From positions 11,885-75,884 of IMG/VR virus record IMGVR_UViG_3300049927_000072: 64,000 nt of DNA. The stretch is one strand, 5' to 3'. The stretch comes from a virus. Made by a program: the position numbers and the translations under genes. Under the pieces are notes generated by a model, which ran no database searches, was not told the origin of the DNA, and saw only the letters and a program-made list of their open reading frames with translations. This document shows positions 26,060 through 35,505 of the stretch, one piece after another (position 1 is the stretch's first letter; every line of letters begins with the position of its first letter).

Positions 26060-26749
26060 ATGAGCCGCTCAAGCGATTTGGCGAAAGCGCCCGTGAGCTT
26101 GCGAACGCGCGAGCCGGGCAGACGATATAATCCCAAAACATTGCGGAATGTGGTCAAATGGGCGCGAGAGATGCCCGTCATTCGCGTGATATGCGAGCGC
26201 GCTCGGGTCACCCGTGCTGGTCTAGCCTACTGGATCAAGAAGAGCGCCGCGGGTGAGATTGGGTGTGGTGATGGTTTCGACGTGACTATCAATGGCGAGA
26301 CGCGCCGTTTTCACGATTGGTATTACGATGCGTTCAGCGACGGTGTTGATCGCGTCGAAGAAGCCGCATTCAAACTCGCGAACGGCACGCACATGGAAGC
26401 GCTCTCTTACCGGGGCCGCGTGAATTATCAGGAAGACCCGGACTTGCTCGCGCTCGGCTTCGAAGGGCCGGAAGCGTGGAAGCGAGACAAGAACAATCGT
26501 CCAATACCAGAGGCAATAGCAAAACTCGACCCGGATATGACGCGCTTCATTCTAAAAGCGCATCGGCCGGAACGGTACATCAATACGCAGAAAATAGATG
26601 TAACGCACAAGGGCGGCGTGCTTGTGGTCGGAACGCAAATGAAGCGCGAAGATTTCGAGAAAAAGTTTGTCGGCAAGTCCGGCACCGCAGACGTATTGGA
26701 TGTTGAGTTCGAAGTTGTACCCACTGACGCCCCAGACCCGACGGCCTGA
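26060..26749 (+). CDS. terS: terminase small subunit
   Basis: N-terminal HTH; DRVEEAAFKLA..G; FILKAHRPERY; GGVLVV; directly before terL. Confidence 0.8.
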   Translation: MSRSSDLAKAPVSLRTREPGRRYNPKTLRNVVKWAREMPVIRVICERARVTRAGLAYWIKKSAAGEIGCGDGFDVTINGETRRFHDWYYDAFSDGVDRVEEAAFKLANGTHMEALSYRGRVNYQEDPDLLALGFEGPEAWKRDKNNRPIPEAIAKLDPDMTRFILKAHRPERYINTQKIDVTHKGGVLVVGTQMKREDFEKKFVGKSGTADVLDVEFEVVPTDAPDPTA

Positions 26750-26750
26750 C

Positions 26751-28307
26751 ATGGGTGTGACCGTAGAAAAATGGCGGCTGAAGGATGGTGTGTGGCGGCC
26801 GTGGGTCCGCAACAACGAAGGCGAATTGATTGAAGCCATCTGGGCCGCGCAAGCTGGATCGCAAGACGCATTTCTCTCGTGCCCTACATTCGAAACTCTC
26901 TACTCCGGAACACGTGGACCGGGAAAAACTGACGCGCTCTTGATGGACTTCGCGCAGGATGTCGGCAAAGGCTTCGGCTCTAACTGGGTTGGCATTCTCT
27001 TCCGGCAGTCGCATCCGGCGCTGCGAGACGTGATCGAGAAGAGCAAGCGCTGGTATAAGCAAATCTGGGGCGATGCTGCGTTCTACAATGAGATCAAATT
27101 TTTCTGGGAATGGGATACCGGCGAGCGGTTGTACTTCTCGCACTTTGCGACCATCTCGGACTACGACAAGTACCACGGCCACGCGTACCCGTGGATCGGT
27201 TGGGAAGAATTGACCTCATGGGCCATGCCGGATTGCTATAAGTCTGCATTCTCACTTTGTCGCTCGCCTGTGCCGGGCATCCCGAAGAGGATACGCGCGA
27301 CGACCAACCCGCACGGTGTCGGCCACAACTGGGTCAAGGGTCGTTTCCGGATCATTACAGTATCGCCGGATAAAATCGCAGACCCTGTGATAACGGATGC
27401 GAAAGACGAACAAGGTCGGCCCGAGCCACCGCGTCAAGTAATCTTCGGCTTCCTTGAAGAAAATAAAATCCTGCTACGCGAAGACCCGGAGTATGTCACC
27501 AACCTGCGAACAGCGGCGCGAAGTGAAGCGCAACTGCAAGCGTGGCTTTACGGTTCATGGGACATCGTCGCCGGTGGCATGTTCGACGACATCTGGCACG
27601 GCTACAAGACGGACATCATCGTTGAGAATTTCCAAATACCGCCAGAGTGGCCAATCTATCGCGCGTACGATCACGGAAGCTCGAAGCCGTTTAGCGTCGG
27701 CTGGTATACGGTGAGTGATGGCTCCGATGTCATTGTCAACGGCAAGGTTCGGGCAACTGTGCCGGGCGATCTATTCCGGATCGCCGAATGGTACGGCTGG
27801 CGCGGTGTAGAAAACGAAGGCACGCGCATGCTCGTCGCAGATATCGCGCGCGGAATTATCCAGCGGGAGATCGATTGGGGATGGCGCTCACGCGACGGCA
27901 AGCACGTGCGAGTGAAACGCGGACCGGCGGACACGTCCATATTTGACGAAAACAATGGCGTATGTGTCGCGGATGATTTCGAAAAGCCTGTGTTTATCAA
28001 CGGCATCAAACATCGCGGCGTCGTATGGGAGCGCGCCGATAAAGGCCCCGGCTCACGCGTGCAAGGTTGGGAGCAAGTCCGGCGACGCTTGAAAGCAACG
28101 AAACGGCCGGACGGCGGCATCCGGGAAGTGCCGAGCCTGTTTATCGATGCCAAATGCAAACAATGGCTGCGCACTGTGCCAAATCTGCCGCGAGACGAAG
28201 ATAAGATCGATGATGTGAACACAGAGGCAGAGGATCACGTCGGGGACGAGACACGCTACATGCTGCGCTTCGAGCCAAGAACAATGAAATCGGGGCGCAC
28301 AATCTAA
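26751..28307 (+). CDS. terL: terminase large subunit
   Basis: Walker A GTRGPGKT, Walker B WIGWEE, ATTNPHGVGHNWVK, nuclease motifs YDHGSSKPF and EDHVGDETRY. Confidence 0.95.
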   Translation: MGVTVEKWRLKDGVWRPWVRNNEGELIEAIWAAQAGSQDAFLSCPTFETLYSGTRGPGKTDALLMDFAQDVGKGFGSNWVGILFRQSHPALRDVIEKSKRWYKQIWGDAAFYNEIKFFWEWDTGERLYFSHFATISDYDKYHGHAYPWIGWEELTSWAMPDCYKSAFSLCRSPVPGIPKRIRATTNPHGVGHNWVKGRFRIITVSPDKIADPVITDAKDEQGRPEPPRQVIFGFLEENKILLREDPEYVTNLRTAARSEAQLQAWLYGSWDIVAGGMFDDIWHGYKTDIIVENFQIPPEWPIYRAYDHGSSKPFSVGWYTVSDGSDVIVNGKVRATVPGDLFRIAEWYGWRGVENEGTRMLVADIARGIIQREIDWGWRSRDGKHVRVKRGPADTSIFDENNGVCVADDFEKPVFINGIKHRGVVWERADKGPGSRVQGWEQVRRRLKATKRPDGGIREVPSLFIDAKCKQWLRTVPNLPRDEDKIDDVNTEAEDHVGDETRYMLRFEPRTMKSGRTI

Positions 28308-28363
28308 AGGCCGGTTGCTAATAAAACTGGAACGTGATTTATCGCAAATTCGCGGGGGACACC

Positions 28364-30016
28364 ATGAGCCTTGAAGACAAACATCCGGAATATATCAATC
28401 GCCTAGGTGAATGGATACAAATGGGCGACACCTACGCGGGTGAGCGCGAAATAAAGCGCAAGCGCGTAGACTACCTGCCCCCATGCGAAGGAATGATTGC
28501 GGACGGCATGTCCAATCCGCAGTCTCCCGGCTGGAAAGACTACGAAGCGTATTTGATGCGGGCCGTGTATCCTGACGTGGTCAAGGATGCGGTTAAGGCG
28601 ATGGTCGGCATTATGCACATGCGACCCGCTACGATCACGCTCCCGAAAAAACTGCAAGGCATGTTCACCAAAGCCACCGCTCAGGGCGAGGGCTTGCAAA
28701 TGCTTTTGCGTCGGATCAATGAGGCGCAACTCAAAAACGGTCGCTGCGGATTGCTGGTCGAAGTGCCGACAGGCAAGGACGCGGCGAGTGCGCTCCCGTA
28801 TATCGCGTTCTACGATGCCGAACGCATCACGAATTGGGACGCTGGCCGATATGAAGAGGGCCAGAACGATTTGGAAATGGTTGTGCTCGACGAGAGCGGA
28901 CCATCGCGCAAAGGTTTCACATGGCAGACGGAGCGTAAATTTCGCGTCCTTACGCGCGGGGCTTTGAGCGCTATAAATGCCGACGGAGAATGGCGACCCA
29001 CCGATACCGACGAATACGTGGTCGCAGTGAAAATCAATGAAGTCAACACTCCGACCGCGGGCGATTTTATCACACCACAAATCGCTGGCCGCACACTGAA
29101 AAAAATTCCGTTTGTGTTTATCGGCGCAAACGATCTCGTACCAGAGCCGGAAGTCCCCCCACTAATTGGTCTCAGCAATCTAGCTCTCGCGATCTATCGT
29201 GGCGAGGCTGACTATCGTCAGACCCTGTATTATCAGGGCCAGCAAACGCTCGTTATCATCGGCGGCAACGCTGGTGACACTGACGAGCAAATTCGCACCG
29301 GCAATAAGGGCGTGATCGACCTCAAGCTTGGCGGCGATGCAAAATTCATTGGCGTTTCCGCGACTGGCCTTGGCGAGATGCGTCAAGCGGTCGAGAATGA
29401 CAAGGCCAAAGCCGACAGTATGGGCGTCGCATTCATGGATGTCGGCAATGCGCGCGGCGAGAGTGGCGAAGCTCTCCGTATTCGAGTGGCCGCACGCACC
29501 ACGACAATATCATCGACCAACCAAGCTGCGGGCGCTGGCCTCGAAGCTGCGTTGAAATTCTGCGCGGAGTGGGTCGGAGAAAATCCGGACGAAGTGAAAG
29601 TCGAAGTGCAAACCGACTTCGCGGATCAGAGTGTCGCGGGTGCTGCATTGCTTGCGTTCATGCAGGCGAAGCAACTTGGCTTGCCGCTGTCTCTCAAGTC
29701 GTTACATCGCACTATGAAGGCGAACGACTTGACCGACATGACCTTCGAAGAAGAGAGCGACCAAATCAAGGAAGAAGCCGTGACCGCGGTCGAGGATATG
29801 GCCGATCTCACGCAAGTGGCGAGCGACAATAACTTCCTTGACGAGCCAGCCGACACGACAGATGCGACGGCAGGGAATGTGAAAACCACTCCGCCCATCG
29901 CTCCCGCCGGGCTTATCAAGCCCGGCCAGAGCGTCCCGGTAACCCCGCACGCGCGCGGAACGCCAGTCCCCATGAAAGGCAAAGTCGGCAAAAAAGGTGC
30001 GTCGGCTGGAAAGTAA
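28364..30016 (+). CDS. portal protein (DUF4055 type)
   Basis: follows terL; YEAYLMRA, IPFVFIG...PPLIGLSNL, ESGEALRIR. Confidence 0.9.
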   Translation: MSLEDKHPEYINRLGEWIQMGDTYAGEREIKRKRVDYLPPCEGMIADGMSNPQSPGWKDYEAYLMRAVYPDVVKDAVKAMVGIMHMRPATITLPKKLQGMFTKATAQGEGLQMLLRRINEAQLKNGRCGLLVEVPTGKDAASALPYIAFYDAERITNWDAGRYEEGQNDLEMVVLDESGPSRKGFTWQTERKFRVLTRGALSAINADGEWRPTDTDEYVVAVKINEVNTPTAGDFITPQIAGRTLKKIPFVFIGANDLVPEPEVPPLIGLSNLALAIYRGEADYRQTLYYQGQQTLVIIGGNAGDTDEQIRTGNKGVIDLKLGGDAKFIGVSATGLGEMRQAVENDKAKADSMGVAFMDVGNARGESGEALRIRVAARTTTISSTNQAAGAGLEAALKFCAEWVGENPDEVKVEVQTDFADQSVAGAALLAFMQAKQLGLPLSLKSLHRTMKANDLTDMTFEEESDQIKEEAVTAVEDMADLTQVASDNNFLDEPADTTDATAGNVKTTPPIAPAGLIKPGQSVPVTPHARGTPVPMKGKVGKKGASAGK

Positions 30017-30022
30017 AACATC

Positions 30023-30895
30023 ATGGCCTTCGACCCGGATCAACTCCGAGACGAGCATGGCCAGTGGACGAGCGGGGGAGCTTCAACGCCTGAAAAGGCG
30101 CAAGAGCAAGCCAACCGCGTCGCCGCTGGCGCGAAGCCTATTGAGAGCCTCCCGCAAAAGCCAATCAACATAGGCGGCAAGTGGTACGTGCCGGGACCGA
30201 TAGGTTCGCTGCGCGACGCTGCATCCAAGTACATGGCTGAGAGCAAGCTCGACTACAGTCCGGTCACGAAATATGAAAAGCTCGACGAAGAGCGTGCAAC
30301 CAATATCGCGCAAGCCTTTGAAGAGATGAAAAACGATCCGACCAATCCGGAAGTGAAAGCATCCTACGAAGCAATGGCGCACGAAGTCATGGGCCAATAC
30401 CAAGCGCTCGTGGACAGTGGTGTGAAAGTCGAATGGATCAAGCCGGGCCAACCGGACCCATATGCAGCAACGCCGCGACTTGCTGCGGTGGATGTGAGCG
30501 AAAACAAGCATTGGTGGGGCTTTCCGACCGATCTCGGCTATGGCTCCGGCGATCATACGGACACAAAAGACAATCCGATGCTGCAAAAAGTCGGCATTAA
30601 AATTGACGGGCGCGATGTCGTGCTTAACGACGTGTTTCGCGTCGTGCATGATATGTATGGTCATTTCAAAGAGGGCAACGGTTTTCGCGCCGCAGGCGAA
30701 GATAACGCTTGGCGATCTCACGCCTCGATGTTTTCGGAGAAAGCTTTGCCAGCAATGACCGCGGAAACGCGCGGGCAAAATTCGTGGGTAAATTACGGGC
30801 CATACGGCTCATACAATCGCACGGCGAGCGCGGGAGACACGCATTATGCTCCGCAGAAAATCGGCATCATGCCCAAGTGGACACAGGCGCGATGA
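30023..30895 (+). CDS. putative virion/ejection protein with RDxxGxW leader and HDxxGH domain
   Basis: MAFDPDQLRDEHGQWTSGG; NDVFRVVHDMYGH...GEDNAW..H...ETRGQNSWVN. Confidence 0.65.
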   Translation: MAFDPDQLRDEHGQWTSGGASTPEKAQEQANRVAAGAKPIESLPQKPINIGGKWYVPGPIGSLRDAASKYMAESKLDYSPVTKYEKLDEERATNIAQAFEEMKNDPTNPEVKASYEAMAHEVMGQYQALVDSGVKVEWIKPGQPDPYAATPRLAAVDVSENKHWWGFPTDLGYGSGDHTDTKDNPMLQKVGIKIDGRDVVLNDVFRVVHDMYGHFKEGNGFRAAGEDNAWRSHASMFSEKALPAMTAETRGQNSWVNYGPYGSYNRTASAGDTHYAPQKIGIMPKWTQAR

Positions 30896-31242
30896 CCAAC
30901 CTAGACAACTCCGCCGCGCGCCCGAGAAAGCAAGTTCCTGAAGAGGAAGCTTGGCGCAAACATCGAGCATTGCAGCAACTGCCGCGCACAACTTTCTCTA
31001 TATCGCCGCGCGACACATCGACAGCGCGCGTCGGTCGGGCAGAAGCGTGGAAAGACGCGGTCAAGATCATTGACGCCACTGAGCCGGAAGTACGGGATAT
31101 CATCGAGCGCGGTCTTGCATTTCGTGCGGCGACGTACGGTGAACGAATGTTACAAGTCATGTCCGTTGTGGATCAGGTCGCAACTGTGCGGATCAAGGCG
31201 TTCAAAAAAGCATTTCGTCTTGTGCGAACGCGTGGTGTGTGA
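30892..31242 (+). CDS. MuF/minor head protein N-terminal-like fragment
   Basis: IIDATEPEVRDII...QVATVR..AF; position after portal. Confidence 0.45.
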   Translation: MTNLDNSAARPRKQVPEEEAWRKHRALQQLPRTTFSISPRDTSTARVGRAEAWKDAVKIIDATEPEVRDIIERGLAFRAATYGERMLQVMSVVDQVATVRIKAFKKAFRLVRTRGV

Positions 31243-31508
31243 TGGATGACATGATGCAGATGCGTCCGAAACAAATTGCGCGACTGACAGTCGCGCAGTG
31301 GGCGAAATATTTTGCAGAAAAAGATCGCACTCTTATTGACAACGCCATACGAGGCGGTGTAATAGCCGGACTTGAGAGCACTGAGATCGCGCGCAAGGTG
31401 ATCGGCAGTTTGCAACTGAACGGTCTCGACGGCGCGACTGAAAACACCCGACAGCAAATTATGAAATTAGCGAGGGTCGCCGTAGCGCGGCGTAAAAAGC
31501 GCGAATAA
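31239..31508 (+). CDS. MuF/minor head protein middle fragment (truncated)
   Basis: QWA.....DRTLIDNAIRGGVIAG.ESTEIARKVIG....G.DG...TR; C-terminal TLD.RT/Cys region absent. Confidence 0.55.
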   Translation: MMDDMMQMRPKQIARLTVAQWAKYFAEKDRTLIDNAIRGGVIAGLESTEIARKVIGSLQLNGLDGATENTRQQIMKLARVAVARRKKRE

Positions 31509-31571
31509 GTTTCCGACGCATGGGCGTCACTCGGGGGCATGTGCATCCGGGACTGAGAGGGGGACTACACC

Positions 31572-32432
31572 ATGGCTAAGCTGAAAACCATCTATGAGAC
31601 CGCAGAGGAAATTCCCGAAGGCTTCGCGGACTTGTTCACCGAGCGAAACGGGAAGTTCGAACTAACCGGCATCGAAAACGTCAAAACACAAGGTGACGTT
31701 GACCGAGTGGCCGAAGCTCTCCGTAAAGAAAAGGCCGATCACAAGGCCACCAAAGAGAGCCTTGTAAAATTTCACGGCATCGATCCTGAGACCGTCAATG
31801 CTCAACTCGAAGAGCTTGAGAGCACCAAGACCCAACTCGAAACCCTCACGAAAGGTGGCGCACTCGACGAGGCCAAGCTTGAGCCGATTATCGAGGCTCG
31901 CGTCAAGCGCGCTCTCGGCCCAGTCGAGCGCGAGAAAACTCAGTTGACGCGTGCGCTCGAAGTGTCGAAAAACGAAACCGTAGCTGCACGAACGGAAGTG
32001 GATAAGCTCTCTGGCGTGCTACAGTCTGGCACGATTGAGCGCGCGATCCGCGATGCAGCCATCGCCGCGAAGGTTATCAGCCCTGCCATTGAAGACGCTG
32101 TTATGCAGGGCCTTAGTGTCCTAACTGCCGCCGAAGACGGCGCGATTGTCACCAAGGACAACGTTGCGGGTGTGACCCCGGGCATCAGCGCTGCCGATTG
32201 GCTCAAGGACATGCAGGACAAGCGTCCGCATTGGTGGCCCGTCTCGCAAGGCGGCGGTTCACGCGGCGGCTCGGGCGGCGCGGTTAATCGCGCGGACAAC
32301 CCGTGGACAAAGGAAGGCTGGAACATGACCAAGCAAGGTCAGACGGTGAAAACTCTCGGCGAGGCGAAAGCGAAAGCGATGGCTGAGAGCGTCGGCAGCT
32401 ATATCGGCGCTACCAGCGCGGCGAAAGTCTGA
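31572..32432 (+). CDS. capsid scaffolding protein
   Basis: LKT.YET.EEIPEGF..LFTERNGKF, coiled coil, RPHWWP.SQGGGS, C-terminal NPW....WNMT.QG. Confidence 0.85.
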   Translation: MAKLKTIYETAEEIPEGFADLFTERNGKFELTGIENVKTQGDVDRVAEALRKEKADHKATKESLVKFHGIDPETVNAQLEELESTKTQLETLTKGGALDEAKLEPIIEARVKRALGPVEREKTQLTRALEVSKNETVAARTEVDKLSGVLQSGTIERAIRDAAIAAKVISPAIEDAVMQGLSVLTAAEDGAIVTKDNVAGVTPGISAADWLKDMQDKRPHWWPVSQGGGSRGGSGGAVNRADNPWTKEGWNMTKQGQTVKTLGEAKAKAMAESVGSYIGATSAAKV

Positions 32433-32459
32433 CCGAACTAACCGCTTGCAAAAACAATA

Positions 32460-32489
32460 GGCCCCGGATAATACCGGGGCCTTCTTTTT
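32460..32489 (+). terminator. terminator overlapping a late-promoter -10
   Basis: GGCCCCGG-ATAATA-CCGGGGCC followed by TTCTTTTT. Confidence 0.6.
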
Positions 32490-32502
32490 ACTGGGGGACG
32501 TA

Positions 32503-33099
32503 ATGGCCGACATCCTAAGCAACCCGTGGGCCGCAGACACGTGGCACCTAGGCCAGCAAGCACAGTATGAGCAGCGCTACGGCACTCCGGCGGCAGAGCG
32601 CATGGCGCGCATCGCCGGTACGAAAATCGGCGGACTGCCGAAAAAGCCTGCGGGACAGAACAAAATCTACATCATTCAAGGCAAGCGTGGACCGGCCGGG
32701 CGTGACGGTTCATCTGGCGCTGGCGCGGGCACGCACGAGTTTCTCGGCTTTTACGCCGCGGGCACATTCGGCGATGCGCAGGTATTCACGGCATCCGCAA
32801 CACCGCGCGCGACTTCATTTCCGACGATCAGCCCGCCAGATGAGAGCCGCGCAACGTGTCGCGTCGCACCGACAAGTGATGTGAGTTTTTATCTCGTCAG
32901 TGATGTTGCAGAATTTATGGGCGACGGATCGACGCTAATTTGCACAATCACGTTCGCTGCCAACTCGCTCGCCGGATCGTTTGTCTACGGCTCGCCAATA
33001 AGCGTTCCTATCGATACTGCACTTTTTATCGTGTGCCCACTCACTGCCGATCCCGCGATCACAGATGTGCAGATCGTGTTTTGTGGTGATCCGACGTGA
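32503..33099 (+). CDS. virion protein: scaffold-C-terminus-like N-domain + beta domain paralogous to 48817..49656
   Basis: NPWAADTWHLGQQAQ...AGTKIG; GPAGRDG collagen-like linker; SRATC...TITFAA. Confidence 0.7.
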   Translation: MADILSNPWAADTWHLGQQAQYEQRYGTPAAERMARIAGTKIGGLPKKPAGQNKIYIIQGKRGPAGRDGSSGAGAGTHEFLGFYAAGTFGDAQVFTASATPRATSFPTISPPDESRATCRVAPTSDVSFYLVSDVAEFMGDGSTLICTITFAANSLAGSFVYGSPISVPIDTALFIVCPLTADPAITDVQIVFCGDPT

Positions 33100-34508
33100 C
33101 AGCTTCATTCGTATCGGCCGGTGCTTTTACCAATTCCGCCGGAGCAACATCAAGCTCGCCTGCGCTGCCAGCCGGTTACACCGGGAGCGCGCTGCTTATT
33201 GCATATGTCGTCACTGCAAATGCGAAGACGATTGCTGTATCCGCCGGATGGACAAAAGGTCAAGCCGAGCCGTCCGGCGCAACTTTGCAAAAGTCATGTT
33301 GGGCGTGGCGCGTCGCCGACGGATCGGAAACGGCCTGCGTGTTCTCGTGGACGAGCAACACCGCGTGCGTATCCGGCTGTAATGCCTATACAGGCGCGCC
33401 CGCAACTTCGCCGATAGCAGGATCAGCGACCCCGGCTGACGGTACATCAAATCCGAACGTCGGTACTTATACGACAACTGTGGCAAACGCGCTGCTAGTA
33501 GAGATTGCACTTAGCCAAGCGGCGAACGTCACCATCACGGAAGCAAATACCGGCTGGTCAGCGGCAGACAGTTCTTTCAAAGCAGCATCGCGGCAATCGG
33601 TCTACACCTTCCACGACATCGTTTCAACCTCTGGTACGGTTGTCAGTTTCGGCACAGGCGACGGGACAGGTTCGCAGAAAATCGATTTCGTTGTCGAACT
33701 GAAGGCCGACCTTGTTACTGAGACTTCAACCATCGACATGACGTTCGCGGCTATGACGCAAGCGGCTACCGTGGCCGAAGCCGAACCATCGACAATCGGC
33801 ATGACCCTTGCAAACACTCTCTTGCAAGAGATCGACGCGTCGAATGATGGCCTTAATGTAACAATCGCCACGACGTTAGCGAATATCTCGCAAGAGATAG
33901 ACGCGACTGAAGTCGTGACTGGCACAGTTGACCAAACTTTTCCGGTTATGCAAGAAGAGATCGATGTGGCCGACAGCCCCGATGCCAGCATTGGGATGAC
34001 GCTCTCTGGCGCGCTGCAAGAACTGCTCATAACGACGGAGATCGTGATCGAGAGCATAGACCAGACGCTTCCGGGGGCGCTGCAAGAGTTACTAGCCGCG
34101 ACGGAAGTTGAAATAACGTCGGTAAATACAGTGCTTTTCTCGCTCTCGGATCAAGAGCTAGACGGGAGCGTCAGCGGCCCCGCTCGCATTACGCAGATAC
34201 TGCCGGGCGTACTACAAGAGGTTTTCGCGGCTACCGAGATCGAGATCACGGCGTTGGATCAAGTGCTGCCGGGTTTGATTGTCCTCGACTTCGAGGCGGA
34301 TCAATCGCCTCCGGTAGTTATAAGATCGAATATCCCGTTCGCCTTGTCGATGGATGTCGAAGCAATAATTGCTGACGACGCGCAGATCGACATGACCTTC
34401 GTGAGCATCTCTGCTCCGCCGGTGGGCATGCACGTTGACATGACGCTCGGCGGCTCGATCTCTTGCGCGAGCGGCGTGTCACGTTCCGGATGGTGGGCCG
34501 GAGAGTAA
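33096..34508 (+). CDS. Ser/Thr-rich fibre/appendage protein with ~20-aa repeats
   Basis: lectin-like N-domain; repeats of IDQTLPGALQELLAATEVEI type. Confidence 0.7.
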   Translation: MTASFVSAGAFTNSAGATSSSPALPAGYTGSALLIAYVVTANAKTIAVSAGWTKGQAEPSGATLQKSCWAWRVADGSETACVFSWTSNTACVSGCNAYTGAPATSPIAGSATPADGTSNPNVGTYTTTVANALLVEIALSQAANVTITEANTGWSAADSSFKAASRQSVYTFHDIVSTSGTVVSFGTGDGTGSQKIDFVVELKADLVTETSTIDMTFAAMTQAATVAEAEPSTIGMTLANTLLQEIDASNDGLNVTIATTLANISQEIDATEVVTGTVDQTFPVMQEEIDVADSPDASIGMTLSGALQELLITTEIVIESIDQTLPGALQELLAATEVEITSVNTVLFSLSDQELDGSVSGPARITQILPGVLQEVFAATEIEITALDQVLPGLIVLDFEADQSPPVVIRSNIPFALSMDVEAIIADDAQIDMTFVSISAPPVGMHVDMTLGGSISCASGVSRSGWWAGE

Positions 34509-34568
34509 ACACCCGTTGCGAATTTCTGAAACCGACGATAAAACGCCAAGCTCAATTAGGGGGACATC

Positions 34569-35003
34569 ATGACAGCCGCACCACAATACAGCGAAGCCGC
34601 AGCACAGGCGGCCCTTGACGCACTTCTCGCCAAACTCAATGTCGGCGGTGCGGGCGTGATCAAAATTTTCGACGGCACCATCCCGGCCAACTGCGAAGCC
34701 GCAGATGCTGGTACCCGGCTCGCCACGTTGACGCTCAGTGCAACGGCATTCCCATCTTCAGCGACAAATGCCTCGCCGCGCGGTGCGAAAGCAACTGCAA
34801 GCGCAATTACGTCGGATACCAACGCCGCAGCCACGGGCACCGCTCAGTATTTTCGGGCCTATGATCACACTGGCACCACGTGCGTCATTCAAGGCAATTG
34901 CGGCACTTCTAGCGCCGACATGATCCTGAATACCACATCCATCGCGTCCGGCTCGACCGTCTCGTGCTCGTCGTGGACGGTAACGCTCCCGGACGGCGGC
35001 TAA
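34569..35003 (+). CDS. small virion appendage protein (paralog of 50766..51140)
   Basis: GAGVIKIFDG...LATLTL...DTNAAATGTA.YFR...ADMILNTTSI..G.TV. Confidence 0.75.
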   Translation: MTAAPQYSEAAAQAALDALLAKLNVGGAGVIKIFDGTIPANCEAADAGTRLATLTLSATAFPSSATNASPRGAKATASAITSDTNAAATGTAQYFRAYDHTGTTCVIQGNCGTSSADMILNTTSIASGSTVSCSSWTVTLPDGG

Positions 35004-35028
35004 TAAGAACACCCGTTGCGAGTTGCAA

Positions 35029-35058
35029 AGGCGCGGGCACAATGTCCGCGCCTTTTTG
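35029..35058 (+). terminator. intrinsic terminator
   Basis: AGGCGCGGGCA-CAA-TGTCCGCGCCT followed by TTTT. Confidence 0.6.
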
Positions 35059-35075
35059 TTAGGGGGTTGAGAAAA

Positions 35076-35363
35076 ATGTACAAAGTTATTTTGGTCCTCG
35101 TGCATATAACTCTTGGGCCTGCGACTGTCGGGTCTCCGTCCGATCAAACGTTTGCGACGAAAGCAGAATGTATCGCGGGCATCTCGGGCGAAGTCGAGCG
35201 CGCTCAGATAATAATCGACACCGATATGCGTTTGGAAAAAGAAACAATGAAAGTTGTAGGCGGCCGATGTTTTTCGCTCGACGAGATCAATCAAATGTCA
35301 GGCGGCAAGAGTGCTGAAAATTTTCTTTTCAAATTGCCGGTTGCTCAGAATAATTTCGCGTGA
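35076..35363 (+). CDS. hypothetical exported protein
   Basis: start MYKVIL after AGGGGG; F.TKAEC...GRC pattern. Confidence 0.55.
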   Translation: MYKVILVLVHITLGPATVGSPSDQTFATKAECIAGISGEVERAQIIIDTDMRLEKETMKVVGGRCFSLDEINQMSGGKSAENFLFKLPVAQNNFA

Positions 35364-35505
35364 TAATTCTGCGAACACAATGAGTGATCCCCGCACTTGA
35401 GAGAGCGATGACGCGATCTCGTTCGGGCTTTCATCAACGCCAGTTCTCCGACATGGGTCGGCGACGGATCAATTTTTTCGTAGCCAAAACCCAAGGGGAA
35501 CGCAC

